From positions 32,001-96,000 of the forward strand of contig CAWGYD010000005.1 of assembly GCA_963826785.1 (NCBI GenBank): a stretch of DNA of 64,000 nucleotides, read 5' to 3'. The stretch is from an uncultured delta proteobacterium (GTDB lineage: Bacteria > Desulfobacterota > Desulfobacteria > Desulfobacterales > Desulfosalsimonadaceae). A program made the position numbers and the translations under genes. The notes below the pieces were generated by a model. It saw only the letters and a list, made by a program, of their open reading frames with translations. It was not told where the DNA came from and made no database searches. Positions 29,798 through 40,334 of this stretch are shown here, in pieces (position 1 is the stretch's first letter; each line of letters opens with the position of its first letter).

Positions 29798-31339
29798 ATG
29801 GACATACCGTCAGTATTTCTTAAAAAACTTTACGCCTCCGGAAGCCTCGCAAACGACGAAAAAGGCATTCGCTTCAGCCTTACCAATCCCCTTGGCGACG
29901 CGACCCTGACGGGAATGACGAAGGTTGAAATCGACGGAAAAGAGATGCCGCTTGATAAAGTTGTGGCAAACGTTGAAGGGCGGCCGGTGAAGGCATCGGA
30001 GGTGGATAAAGACAATCCCATCCAGTTCCGACTCGGTCAGACAGTCGACATCCATGTCCAGGCGGATCCGCTTGAAACGGGGAAAGCCTATTGCCTGCGG
30101 TTTGCTTTTGAAACAGCACCGTTCGGCCCCTTGAAGTTTGACGTTGATGATACCATTGTCGAAGACGGTGGCGTCCAGGTAAAGATACCGCACGACAGGG
30201 CGCATAACTACGATCCTGACATTATCGAAAAGCGGCAGACATTCATTGAATCTTACACCGGTGTAAAACTTCAGCATATTAACAAATACTCATTCGACCC
30301 GAAATTGACCCAGGGGAATATTGAAAACTTTACGGGGGTTGCCCAGATTCCGATCGGGCTTGCCGGACCTTTGAAAGTGAACGGCGAGCATGCCAGCGGC
30401 GAATTTCTGATTCCGCTGGCCACCACGGAAGGCACACTGGTCGCCTCCTACAACCGCGGCATAAAGATGATCAACTTGAGCGGCGGTATTACCACCACCA
30501 TATTGGATGATATGATGCAGCGGGCGCCGGTTTTCTGCTTTGACTCCGCCCGCAGGGCACTTGCCTTTTCCAAATGGATCGATGAAAATATAGAAGAAAT
30601 CAGAAAACAGGCCGAAGCAACCTCCAATGTGGCCAAACTCATCGACATTCAAAAATTCCTTACCAGCAAGTTTGTTAACTTGCGCTTCAACTATGCCACC
30701 GGAGATGCGGCCGGGCAGAACATGGTGACGTCCGCCACGTTTGCGGCCTGCACCTGGATTGCGGATCATTTTGACGGTATCCGGCGCTATTACATGGATG
30801 GCAATATGACCACGGATAAAAAGACATCCATGATCAATACCATGCATACGCGCGGCAAGCGTGTCGCAGCTGAATTGATCCTCAAACGGGATCTGCTGAT
30901 CGAGCACCTGAGAACTGATCCTGAAGCCTGTGAATATTATCTGAAGGTTGCAAGTCTCGGCACATTCATGGCCGGCGGCACCAGCAACGGCGTTCAAAGT
31001 GCAAATGCCATTGCTGCGCTTTTCATGGCGACCGGGCAGGATGTGGCGAATGTGGTGGAATCTTCAACCGGTATGGTCCATATGGAAATTACACCGGAAG
31101 GAGATCTTTATGCCTCGCTGACCATCCCTTCGCTGATCGTCGGTACTTACGGCGGCGGCACCGGACTCCCCACCCAACGAGAATGCCTTGAAATTTTAGG
31201 ATGTTATGGCAAAGGAAAGGTTCTCAAGTTCGCCGAAATTGCTGCCGCCGTTGCAGCGGCCGGAGAAATATCACTCGGCGCAGCGGTATCTTCTCTTGAA
31301 TGGGTATCGGCCCATGAAAAATACGGGAGAAACCGCTGA
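29798..31339 (+). CDS. Class I HMG-CoA reductase homolog with an extra N-terminal domain of about 120 aa
   Basis: ENFTG, PLATTEGTLVAS, DAAGQNM, GNMTTDKK, ATGQD, GTYGGGT, GEISL and C-terminal AHEKYGR. Confidence 0.88.
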   Translation: MDIPSVFLKKLYASGSLANDEKGIRFSLTNPLGDATLTGMTKVEIDGKEMPLDKVVANVEGRPVKASEVDKDNPIQFRLGQTVDIHVQADPLETGKAYCLRFAFETAPFGPLKFDVDDTIVEDGGVQVKIPHDRAHNYDPDIIEKRQTFIESYTGVKLQHINKYSFDPKLTQGNIENFTGVAQIPIGLAGPLKVNGEHASGEFLIPLATTEGTLVASYNRGIKMINLSGGITTTILDDMMQRAPVFCFDSARRALAFSKWIDENIEEIRKQAEATSNVAKLIDIQKFLTSKFVNLRFNYATGDAAGQNMVTSATFAACTWIADHFDGIRRYYMDGNMTTDKKTSMINTMHTRGKRVAAELILKRDLLIEHLRTDPEACEYYLKVASLGTFMAGGTSNGVQSANAIAALFMATGQDVANVVESSTGMVHMEITPEGDLYASLTIPSLIVGTYGGGTGLPTQRECLEILGCYGKGKVLKFAEIAAAVAAAGEISLGAAVSSLEWVSAHEKYGRNR

Positions 31340-31423
31340 TGAAAACCGCTCATTTTATATAATTTCGTTTTTGTGCAACAGGCCGAAGCATCCTGCCACT
31401 GAACCTTTGAGGAAGTTGAATTC

Positions 31424-33067
31424 ATGCAGCGTCAGTCCCTGGCTTCTATCGGTTTCTGGAATCCGACATCATCTTACCCTGCATTTTCAAGAAAAGATCT
31501 GCTGTCGGTAATTCCACTGGTGCGCGAACCGGTTCACGTCGTTCAGGATGAATCAAACGGGCGACTCGGGCTGTCATTGGCGGGAGAGGTTTTTCAGACA
31601 ACCGGTGCGCGAAATACCCATTATCGACTGATGGCATCCCTTCCCGCACTCTATCCGGAATGGCTGGGCGACAGGTCATTTAACGAGGTGCACGGCGTCC
31701 GGTTCCCCTATGTTGCCGGTGCCATGTTTCGGGGTATCGCATCCGCCGAAATGGTCATTGCAATGGCAAAAACAGGAATGATCGGTTTTTTCGGCGCTGC
31801 CGGGCTATGCATCGATGATATTGAAAAAGCCATCCAAAAAATCAAATCCGCCATCGGCCACGCGGGATTGCCCTGGGGCAGCAATTTGATCTATTCACCC
31901 AATGACCCTGAACTGTCGGAAAGGGTGGTTGATCTTTACCTTCGGGAAGGGGTGAATCGCATATCCGCCTCTGCATTTATGTCTCTTACGCCAAGCATCA
32001 TACGATATGCAAGCACAGGATTATCTGCAGACAGTCAGGGAAACATCAACAGAAGAAATTTTGTTTTTGCAAAACTTTCACGACCGGAAGTGGCGCGATT
32101 GTTCATGTCCCCGGCGCCAAAATCCATTCTGGATCTTCTGGTTAAAAATGGCAAACTGACCCAGGCAGAAGCTTTTTTGGCATCCAAAATACCGGTTGCC
32201 GAAGATATTACCGTTGAAGCGGACTCGGGCGGCCATACGGACAATCGACCCCTTACCGCCCTGCTCCCGACGATTCTTTCGATGAGAGACGATATATCAT
32301 CGGCAAACAGCTATGTCCGGCCCATACGGATCGGTGCTGCAGGGGGATTGGGAACGCCGTCGGCAGTTGCCGCCGCCTTTTCGATGGGGGCCGCATATGT
32401 GCTGACCGGTTCCGTTAATCAGGCAGCCATCGAATCGGGCTTGTCTGATGCAGGGAAAAAAATGCTGGCAATGGCCGATGTCGCCGACGTGACGATGTCG
32501 CCTGCGGCTGACATGTTCGAACTCGGGGTAAAAGTCCAGGTGCTAAAACGCGGTACCATGTTCTGCAACCGGGCGGCGAATCTTTATACGATCTATTCCC
32601 AGAACACTTCCATCGATACCATTCCAGAAGATGTCAGGGCCCAACTGGAAAAAGATGTATTTAAAGCACCGCTGGAAAAAATATGGGCACAAACCCTTGA
32701 TTTCTTTTCTCAACGCGATCCAAGTCAAATCGAAAAAGCTCAGAAAAATCCCAAACAGCGCATGGCGTTGATTTTTAAATGGTATCTGGGCAATTCAGCC
32801 AATTGGGCGATCTGCGGCGATCCGGATCACCGGATCGATTATCAAATTTGCTGCGGCCCCTCCATGGGGGCGTTTAATACATGGGTAAAAGGGTCATACC
32901 TTGAAAAAACTGAAAATCGACGCGTATCCGATATTGCCCTCAACCTTCTTGAGGGTGCGGCGGTTGTCACCAGGGCACAGCAGTTTCGAAGCTATGGCGT
33001 ACCGGTACCCGGCGAGGCATTCAACTTCAAGCCCCGTCCGCTTTCCTATAATCATGCCTCAAAATGA
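31424..33067 (+). CDS. pfaD: PUFA-synthase enoyl reductase (PfaD / myxobacterial Pfa1)
   Basis: YVAGAM, SASAFM, DITVEADSGGHTDNRP, IGAAGG, YVLTGSVNQ, PAADMFELGVKVQVLKRG and DYQICCGP. Confidence 0.93.
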   Translation: MQRQSLASIGFWNPTSSYPAFSRKDLLSVIPLVREPVHVVQDESNGRLGLSLAGEVFQTTGARNTHYRLMASLPALYPEWLGDRSFNEVHGVRFPYVAGAMFRGIASAEMVIAMAKTGMIGFFGAAGLCIDDIEKAIQKIKSAIGHAGLPWGSNLIYSPNDPELSERVVDLYLREGVNRISASAFMSLTPSIIRYASTGLSADSQGNINRRNFVFAKLSRPEVARLFMSPAPKSILDLLVKNGKLTQAEAFLASKIPVAEDITVEADSGGHTDNRPLTALLPTILSMRDDISSANSYVRPIRIGAAGGLGTPSAVAAAFSMGAAYVLTGSVNQAAIESGLSDAGKKMLAMADVADVTMSPAADMFELGVKVQVLKRGTMFCNRAANLYTIYSQNTSIDTIPEDVRAQLEKDVFKAPLEKIWAQTLDFFSQRDPSQIEKAQKNPKQRMALIFKWYLGNSANWAICGDPDHRIDYQICCGPSMGAFNTWVKGSYLEKTENRRVSDIALNLLEGAAVVTRAQQFRSYGVPVPGEAFNFKPRPLSYNHASK

Positions 33068-33076
33068 GCCGACATT

Positions 33077-36000
33077 ATGTCTTCCCCAAAAAGCATAAGA
33101 ACAAAAAAATCCGATGCCGACACCCGGAATCGGGTATCTGAAACAAAATCAACCCCAAAAGCGCCTCCCATAGCCGTCATCGGCATGGGTTGTCTCTTTC
33201 CGGGGTCTCAAGATAAAGAGGGGTTCTGGCGCGATATCACGGCCGGTCGGGATACGATAACGGAAGTGCCGCCCAGCCATTTTCTCATCGATCAATACTA
33301 TGACCCGGATCCTTCCGTCCCCGATAAAACATATTGCAGAAGAGGCGCTTTCCTTTCTCCGGTTGAATTTGATCCCATGGCATTCAGTATTCCGCCGGCC
33401 AACCTGGCGGCCACCGATACGTCGCAATTGCTAAGTCTTCTGGTCGCTGAACAGGTGCTGACGAATGCGTTTGACGGAAAACTGAAAAGCATGGACCGCA
33501 GCCGGATCAGCGTGATCCTGGGGGTGGCTGCCGGTCTGGAGCTCCTTGGCGAAATGGCAAACCGGCTCGTGAAGCCCAACTGGATCAAAGGGATGCGTGA
33601 GGCCGGTCTTCCGGAAAATGAAATCGAAGATATCTGCAAACGGATCATGGCGACCCATTCGCCCTGGAAGGAAAGTACGTTTCCCGGTCTTCTCGGAAAT
33701 GTAGTTGCCGGACGTATTGCGAACCACTTTGATCTGGGCGGCATCAACTGTACGAATGACGCCGCGTGCGCCAGCTCTTTATCAGCGATGTCACAGGGGC
33801 TTAATGAACTTTATGCGGGAACGTCGGATGTGGTGATCGTCGGGGGAGCGGACACCAATAACGACACCTTTTTGTTTGTCAGTTTTTCAAAGACACCGGC
33901 GCTGTCCCCCACGCATGACTGTCGACCCTTTTCCGACAAAGCAGACGGCATGGTTCTCGGAGAAGGCATCGGTATGGTCGCGATCAAGCGGCTCGATGAC
34001 GCGGAACGTGACGGCGATCCGATTTACGCGGTGATACGCGGCATCGGGGCATCATCGGACGGCAAAGGGACCAGTATTTATGCGCCGCTCCCAAAGGGTC
34101 AGGCGCTTGCGCTCCGCCGTTGTTACGCGGCATCCGCTTACGGACCTGAGACCGTAGAGTTGCTTGAAGCCCATGGGACCGCGACCAAGCCGGGCGATAA
34201 AGCTGAAATCGAGGCGCTTACCAGCGTTTTCGGCCATGAAACCAATCGGACGGACAAACAATGGTGCGCCCTTGGATCGGTAAAATCCCAGATCGGTCAC
34301 ACCAAAAGTGCAGCCGCTGCAGCCGGTATCATCAAAGCCGTCATGGGCATCCGTCACAAGGTGCTGCCGCCGACGATCAAGGTTGAGCGGCCCAATCCGT
34401 TGCTGAAGCTTGAAGAAAGTCCATTTTATGTGAACACGCAGTGTCGGCCATGGGTAAGGGATGATTCTCACCCGAGAAGAGCTTCGATAAGTTCTTTTGG
34501 TTTCGGCGGAACTAATTTTCATTTAACTGTTGAAGAATATAAGGGGCCGGGCAAATCCGCCTGGCGACTCCGCAACGTTCCGACGGAGCTCGTCATATTG
34601 GGTGCCCAAAATGCCAAAGCGCTTGAAGATCTTTGCCGGCAGGCAGCCAAAGACCTGAACACCGAAGGTGTCCTGACCTATATCGCAAAAACATCGCAGG
34701 AAGCCTTTGATTCATCATGCCCGGCCAGATTGGCAATCGTTGCATCCAACGAAAGAGATCTTGAAACCAAGCTTCATTATGCGGCAAAAGCCCTCTCCGA
34801 AAAACCCGGGAGCGGATTTTCATTGCCCAATGGCTTGTTCTGTGCGGTTGAAAAAGCAGAGCCCGGCGATATTGCTTTTCTGTTTCCCGGGCAGGGCACC
34901 AGCGGTTGTCTGGATATGGGTGCCGATCTGGCGATGCAATTTAACGACGCCATGAATATTTGGGATTTTTCCGCATCGTTTGACAAAAAACGCGGCGCCA
35001 GGGAATTTCTGCACAAAGTGGTTTTTCCCATTCCTGCCTTTACCGAAGCGGAAAAGGATGCACAGCATGCAAAACTCGCCCGGACCGAATGGGCCCAGCC
35101 CGGCGTCCTGACATCCAGCATATCCATGTCGGCGATTCTTAAAGGCCTTGGCATCAAGCCGGATTGTGTGGGTGGGCACAGCCTTGGCGAAATCACCGCA
35201 CTTTATGATGCCGGTGTGCTTGATCTGGAAAGCCTGCTCAGTGTCTGCTTCAAACGGGGCGAATTGATGGCCGGCGCAGCACAAAATCCCGGCACCATGA
35301 CCGCTGCACTATGCGATATTGCCAAAGCACAGGCCGTTCTGGACAAAATCAAAAACAAAAATAAAATCATCATTGCAAATCACAACAGCCCGAGTCAGGT
35401 TGTTTTTTCCGGTCCTGTCCCTGACATGGAAGCGGTTGAAACGGTCCTTAAAGCAGAAAACATAAAATTCAGACGTCTGCCGGTTTCCGCTGCATTCCAC
35501 TCGTCTCTGATGAGCGAGGTGTGCGCTTCATTTCTGGCATACATGAAGGAATTTGATTTCAAAAAACCAACGGTTCCGATTTATTCGAATGCGACCGGAA
35601 AGCCGCATCAAAACAAACCGGACAAGATCCGCGAAGCACTGGCCAATCAGATCGACCATCCTGTTCAATTTGTAAAAGAAATCGAATCGATGTATGCAGC
35701 CGGTGTCCGCACCTTTATCGAAGTCGGGTCAGGTGCCGTCCTCACCAGTTTTGTCGACAAAATTTTAAGCGACAAACCCCACACCGCCATAAACATGGAC
35801 ACCAAAAAAGAACACGGCATCACAGGCCTTTGGAAAGCACTTGCAAGACTTGTCATTTCCGGCGTAACGCCCGATTTTTCATATTTATGGAAAGAATATG
35901 CCCCAATAGAGGATCCCCGCAAAAGAGAAAAGCCCAAATTTTCAGTCATGCTATCAGGAACGAACTACGGAAAACCCTACCCGCCGGCCGGCGGAATAAG

Positions 36001-39000
36001 CGACTACCCGAAACCGAATCCACCCAGAGTTCGAGAAGCGGATAAGGAGCCAGACAAATTGAATGCTGCTGTTGAGAACAGGGTAAGTAATACAGGTATC
36101 AACGTTAATACGGACCTTGGAAGCCAGGCGGCAGGGAACCAGGCGACTCAAGCATCAATACGTCCACAGGCACCCCCTCTGCCGTTTGCTCAGGAACCCA
36201 TTTCCGTCCAAAGATCAGCGCCGCCGCATACCCCCACCTGCAATATCAAATCCGGTGAAAGTGCATGGGTTAAAACATTTCAGGATATTCAGCGGCAAAC
36301 CACCGAGGCGCACAGTGCCTATCTGAAATTTATGGCGGACAGCCATCTCAGCTTTCTAAAAACCGCCGAATCATCCAATATCGCCTTCAGTTCGCTTCTC
36401 ACAGGGGGCACCGGCCTTTCAGGCGGAGTCGACATCCAACAGCCGCCCATGAATTCAAGTGCAGGGATCACCGCTGCACCCGAACCAAAACCTGTTCATC
36501 GTCCGTCCATCCCGGCTGCATCGATGGAAATGGCATCCCCCACACCTGAGCCAGAGGCGCCGTATCAGTCGATTAAAGCCCCGACTGCTGAAGTACCGGT
36601 CTCCGCTCCGGTGGAAACACCGGTGGTTGCTTCCAGTCCTTCACCCCCTGCTTCGTCGCCCACCGGCATTGATTTTACGGAAATGCTCCTTGACGTGGTT
36701 GCGGATAAAACCGGCTACCCGAAGGAAATTTTAACCCTTGAAATGGATCTTGAGCTCGATCTGGGGATTGACTCCATCAAGCGCGTTGAAATTTTCTCCG
36801 CCATCAATGAAGAAAATCCGTGGATCCCGGAAGTCGATCCGTCGGTCATGGCGGAAATCAAAACACTTGGCGATGTGGTCGATTTTATCGGCCGATACGC
36901 ACCTTCAATTCCTGCTTCAGCCCAACCGCAGATTGTTGAATCGCCGGTCGCCCAACCGGCGGCAACGCCGGTAGCTGCTTCCAATCCTTCAGCCCCTGCT
37001 TCGCTGCCCACCGGCATTGATTTTACGGAAATGCTTCTTGACGTGGTTGCGGATAAAACCGGTTACCCGAAGGAAATTTTAACCCTTGAAATGGATCTTG
37101 AGCTCGATCTGGGGATTGACTCCATCAAGCGCGTTGAAATTTTCTCCGCCATCAATGAAGAAAATCCGTGGATCCCGGAAATCGATCCTTCAGTTATGGC
37201 GGAAATTAAAACACTCGGCGATGTGGTCGATTTTATCGGCCGATACGCACCTTCAATTCCTGCTTCAGCCCAACCTCAGGTTGTTGAATCGCCGGTCTCC
37301 CAATCGGCGGCAACGCCGGTAGCTGCTTCCAATCCTTCAGCCCCTGCTTCGCTGCCCACCGGCATTGATTTTCCGGAAATGCTCCTTGACGTGGTTGCGG
37401 ATAAAACCGGCTACCCGAAGGAAATTTTAACCCTTGAAATGGATCTCGAGCTCGATCTGGGGATTGACTCCATCAAGCGCGTTGAAATTTTCTCCGCCAT
37501 CAATGAAGAAAATCCGTGGATCCCGGAAATCGATCCTTCAGTTATGGCGGAAATTAAAACACTCGGCGATGTGGTCGATTTTATCGGCCGATACGCACCT
37601 TCAATCTCTGCTTCAACTCCATCACAGGTTGTTGAATCGCCGGTCGCCCAACCGGCGGCAACGCCGGTAGTTGCTTCCAATCCTTCAGCCCCTGCTTCGC
37701 TGCCCACCGGCATTGATTTTACGGAAATGCTCCTTGACGTGGTTGCGGATAAAACCGGCTACCCGAAGGAGATTTTAACCCTTGAAATGGATCTCGAGCT
37801 CGATCTCGGCATTGACTCCATCAAGCGCGTTGAGATTTTCTCCGCCATCAATGAAGAAAATCCATGGATCCCGGAAGTCGATCCCTCGGTCATGGCTGAA
37901 ATCAAAACACTCAGTGATGTGGTCGATTTTGTAAAACATTCACTTGATAAGGCCGTCTCCACCTCATCCGAGCCATCGACCCCTGAAGCGCAGCGTTTGG
38001 AAACATCAGCAACCGAGACAATTCCGGGCATTGACAGATATGTGCTTCGCCTAACGCCGGTCTCCTTTTCCGGTTTTTCCATGCCCGGCCTCCTGGAAGC
38101 CCGCCATTTATGTATCACAAACGATGAAACCGGCATTGCCAAGGCGTTGGCCGCAGAACTTGAGAAAAATGGCATAACTGCAACGGTTGTTGAAAATGTG
38201 CCGGATAACTGCGATGGGTTGATTTTCCTTGGCGGGTTGCGGAAAATTGCAAACCCGCAGGACGCAATTCATGTCAACCACGAAGCATTTGCCGCCGCCC
38301 AGAAAATCGCCGCGCAATTGACCCAATCCGGCGGCATTTTGGTGACCGTCCAAAACACCGGGGGTGATTTTGGATTATCCGGACAGGCAGGTGATCGTGT
38401 CTGGCTTTGCGGACTTACCGGCCTGGTCAAAACCGCGGCCATTGAATGGCCGAAAGCATCGGTCAAAGCAATCGACATTGATCGCGGAAAGTTGTCGGCG
38501 AAAAAACTGGCGGCCGCCATTTGTCTTGAACTGATGACCGGCGGCCCGGACCTGGAAGTCGGGATCAAATCGGACGGCAGCCGGTATTGTCTGAAAAGTT
38601 ATCGCAAACCCGCCAGCGAGTCCGGCCATATGCTTAATGAGAATGACGTCATCGTCGCGTCCGGCGGCGCCAGGGGAATTACGGCAAAAGCACTCATCCA
38701 GCTGGCCCGGGATTTTCATCCCCGTCTGGTGCTGCTGGGCCGAACCCATCCGGCTGATGAACCGGCCTGCTGCCGGGGAGCTGCAACAGACGCCGAGTTG
38801 AAAGTGGCGCTTCTTCAAGCGGCCAAGGCAGGTGGGAAAACCGTAAAACCGATGGATCTTGAAAAACAGGCGCACCAGATCCTTGCGGCCCGGGAAATGA
38901 AATCAAACATAGACGCCATGAGACAAGCCGGATCTGATGTCAAATATGTGGTGGCGGATGTGCAGAATGAAACTGATATTTCAAACGCGCTTGACACGGT

Positions 39001-40303
39001 CAGAAAAGAGTGGGGCGGCATCACCGGGATCATCCATGGCGCAGGTGTTCTGGCGGACAAACTGATCGCCGAAAAAAGCAAGGCGCAATTCGACCGGGTT
39101 TTTGACACAAAGGTGCAGGGACTCCGCTCACTTCTGAACGCTACTGCCAAAGACCCGTTGAAAGTGATCTGTTTCTTCTCCTCCATTGCAGGACGTACCG
39201 GGAATATGGGGCAAAGCGATTACGCCATGGCCAATGAAATTCTGAACAAAGTAGCCGATGCAGAGGCGATGCGGCGCAAAGGCAAATGCCTTGTCAAATC
39301 CTTGAACTGGGGCCCGTGGGACAGCGGCATGGTTTCACCGCTGCTTAAAGCCCATTTCAAGGAAGCGGGCATCCCGCTCTTGCCGATGGATGCCGGCGTG
39401 AAATACTTTGTGAAGGAAATCACCGAAAATGCATCAGAAGATGTCGAGGTGGTTATCGGCCCGGATCCGAATTTCGCCTTTTCAAGCAGCCCCATTACAC
39501 GCGAACTGAATTTAAGTCTGCTCGTAAACAAGAAAAATTATCCATTCATGGACAGCCATCGCATCAAAGAGATGCCGGTCGTACCGGTTGCCATGGTCAT
39601 CGAGTGGTTTGCCCGTACCGCCCAACTCTACAATCCGGACATGAATTACATGGGTTGTAAAGATCTCAAGGTCCTCAAGGGAATTAAGCTGGATAACTTC
39701 ATCACCGGCAGTGATCATTTTACGATATGCTGCCGCCAGGAAAACGGAGACCGATCGTTTCTGGAGCTGGATCTGCTGGGTCCGGATAAGGGTGCTCATT
39801 ATAAAGCAAAGATCGAAATGTCTGCTGAAAAAATCACAAATAACAATGGGAAAAAACCCAGGTCGAACGGAATTCCAAAATGGAAATGGGACGTTTCTGA
39901 CATTTATACAGACAAGCTTTTTCACGGACCCGAATTTCAAGTCATCAAGTCCCTTAAAGGCGTTTCCAGCAATACCGCAACCGCCGTTCTGGGTGGCATA
40001 GACGGATTGTCATGGCCGCAGGGATTATGGAAATTTGATGTTGCCGCACTCGACGGCGGTTTGCAGCTGGCGATTCTATGGGGGCTGCACAATTCAAATA
40101 AGAAATCGTTGCCGACCAAAATCGGTGCCTTTTACGCCTACCAGAATGGTCCGATCAACGGGCCAATCGACTGCATACTGGATGGCAAATCAATTCAAAA
40201 CGGGCGAACGCTCTCGGACATTTCGTTCTTCGATAAAGACGGGAAACTTGCTGCAAAACTGTGCGATGTGGAGATGCATATGCTGCCGGACAGCACGGTT
40301 TAG
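33077..40303 (+). CDS. pfaA: Iterative type I PKS / PUFA synthase subunit KS-MAT-4xACP-KR-DH (PfaA / Pfa2)
   Basis: KS DAACASS, EAHGT and IGH; AT FPGQG, GHSLG and AFHS; four LGIDSIKRVEI ACPs; KR SGGARGI, HGAG and YAMAN; C-terminal DH (SHRI..PVVP, DGGLQ). Confidence 0.93.
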   Translation: MSSPKSIRTKKSDADTRNRVSETKSTPKAPPIAVIGMGCLFPGSQDKEGFWRDITAGRDTITEVPPSHFLIDQYYDPDPSVPDKTYCRRGAFLSPVEFDPMAFSIPPANLAATDTSQLLSLLVAEQVLTNAFDGKLKSMDRSRISVILGVAAGLELLGEMANRLVKPNWIKGMREAGLPENEIEDICKRIMATHSPWKESTFPGLLGNVVAGRIANHFDLGGINCTNDAACASSLSAMSQGLNELYAGTSDVVIVGGADTNNDTFLFVSFSKTPALSPTHDCRPFSDKADGMVLGEGIGMVAIKRLDDAERDGDPIYAVIRGIGASSDGKGTSIYAPLPKGQALALRRCYAASAYGPETVELLEAHGTATKPGDKAEIEALTSVFGHETNRTDKQWCALGSVKSQIGHTKSAAAAAGIIKAVMGIRHKVLPPTIKVERPNPLLKLEESPFYVNTQCRPWVRDDSHPRRASISSFGFGGTNFHLTVEEYKGPGKSAWRLRNVPTELVILGAQNAKALEDLCRQAAKDLNTEGVLTYIAKTSQEAFDSSCPARLAIVASNERDLETKLHYAAKALSEKPGSGFSLPNGLFCAVEKAEPGDIAFLFPGQGTSGCLDMGADLAMQFNDAMNIWDFSASFDKKRGAREFLHKVVFPIPAFTEAEKDAQHAKLARTEWAQPGVLTSSISMSAILKGLGIKPDCVGGHSLGEITALYDAGVLDLESLLSVCFKRGELMAGAAQNPGTMTAALCDIAKAQAVLDKIKNKNKIIIANHNSPSQVVFSGPVPDMEAVETVLKAENIKFRRLPVSAAFHSSLMSEVCASFLAYMKEFDFKKPTVPIYSNATGKPHQNKPDKIREALANQIDHPVQFVKEIESMYAAGVRTFIEVGSGAVLTSFVDKILSDKPHTAINMDTKKEHGITGLWKALARLVISGVTPDFSYLWKEYAPIEDPRKREKPKFSVMLSGTNYGKPYPPAGGISDYPKPNPPRVREADKEPDKLNAAVENRVSNTGINVNTDLGSQAAGNQATQASIRPQAPPLPFAQEPISVQRSAPPHTPTCNIKSGESAWVKTFQDIQRQTTEAHSAYLKFMADSHLSFLKTAESSNIAFSSLLTGGTGLSGGVDIQQPPMNSSAGITAAPEPKPVHRPSIPAASMEMASPTPEPEAPYQSIKAPTAEVPVSAPVETPVVASSPSPPASSPTGIDFTEMLLDVVADKTGYPKEILTLEMDLELDLGIDSIKRVEIFSAINEENPWIPEVDPSVMAEIKTLGDVVDFIGRYAPSIPASAQPQIVESPVAQPAATPVAASNPSAPASLPTGIDFTEMLLDVVADKTGYPKEILTLEMDLELDLGIDSIKRVEIFSAINEENPWIPEIDPSVMAEIKTLGDVVDFIGRYAPSIPASAQPQVVESPVSQSAATPVAASNPSAPASLPTGIDFPEMLLDVVADKTGYPKEILTLEMDLELDLGIDSIKRVEIFSAINEENPWIPEIDPSVMAEIKTLGDVVDFIGRYAPSISASTPSQVVESPVAQPAATPVVASNPSAPASLPTGIDFTEMLLDVVADKTGYPKEILTLEMDLELDLGIDSIKRVEIFSAINEENPWIPEVDPSVMAEIKTLSDVVDFVKHSLDKAVSTSSEPSTPEAQRLETSATETIPGIDRYVLRLTPVSFSGFSMPGLLEARHLCITNDETGIAKALAAELEKNGITATVVENVPDNCDGLIFLGGLRKIANPQDAIHVNHEAFAAAQKIAAQLTQSGGILVTVQNTGGDFGLSGQAGDRVWLCGLTGLVKTAAIEWPKASVKAIDIDRGKLSAKKLAAAICLELMTGGPDLEVGIKSDGSRYCLKSYRKPASESGHMLNENDVIVASGGARGITAKALIQLARDFHPRLVLLGRTHPADEPACCRGAATDAELKVALLQAAKAGGKTVKPMDLEKQAHQILAAREMKSNIDAMRQAGSDVKYVVADVQNETDISNALDTVRKEWGGITGIIHGAGVLADKLIAEKSKAQFDRVFDTKVQGLRSLLNATAKDPLKVICFFSSIAGRTGNMGQSDYAMANEILNKVADAEAMRRKGKCLVKSLNWGPWDSGMVSPLLKAHFKEAGIPLLPMDAGVKYFVKEITENASEDVEVVIGPDPNFAFSSSPITRELNLSLLVNKKNYPFMDSHRIKEMPVVPVAMVIEWFARTAQLYNPDMNYMGCKDLKVLKGIKLDNFITGSDHFTICCRQENGDRSFLELDLLGPDKGAHYKAKIEMSAEKITNNNGKKPRSNGIPKWKWDVSDIYTDKLFHGPEFQVIKSLKGVSSNTATAVLGGIDGLSWPQGLWKFDVAALDGGLQLAILWGLHNSNKKSLPTKIGAFYAYQNGPINGPIDCILDGKSIQNGRTLSDISFFDKDGKLAAKLCDVEMHMLPDSTV
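36661..37930 (+). repeat. Four tandem ACP-linker repeats, 348-bp period
   Basis: CACCGGCATTGATTTT starts at 36661, 37009, 37357 and 37705; the copies are nearly identical. Confidence 0.95.
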
Positions 40304-40334
40304 ATCCGCCCCGATAACAGGAGAACATCAATAA

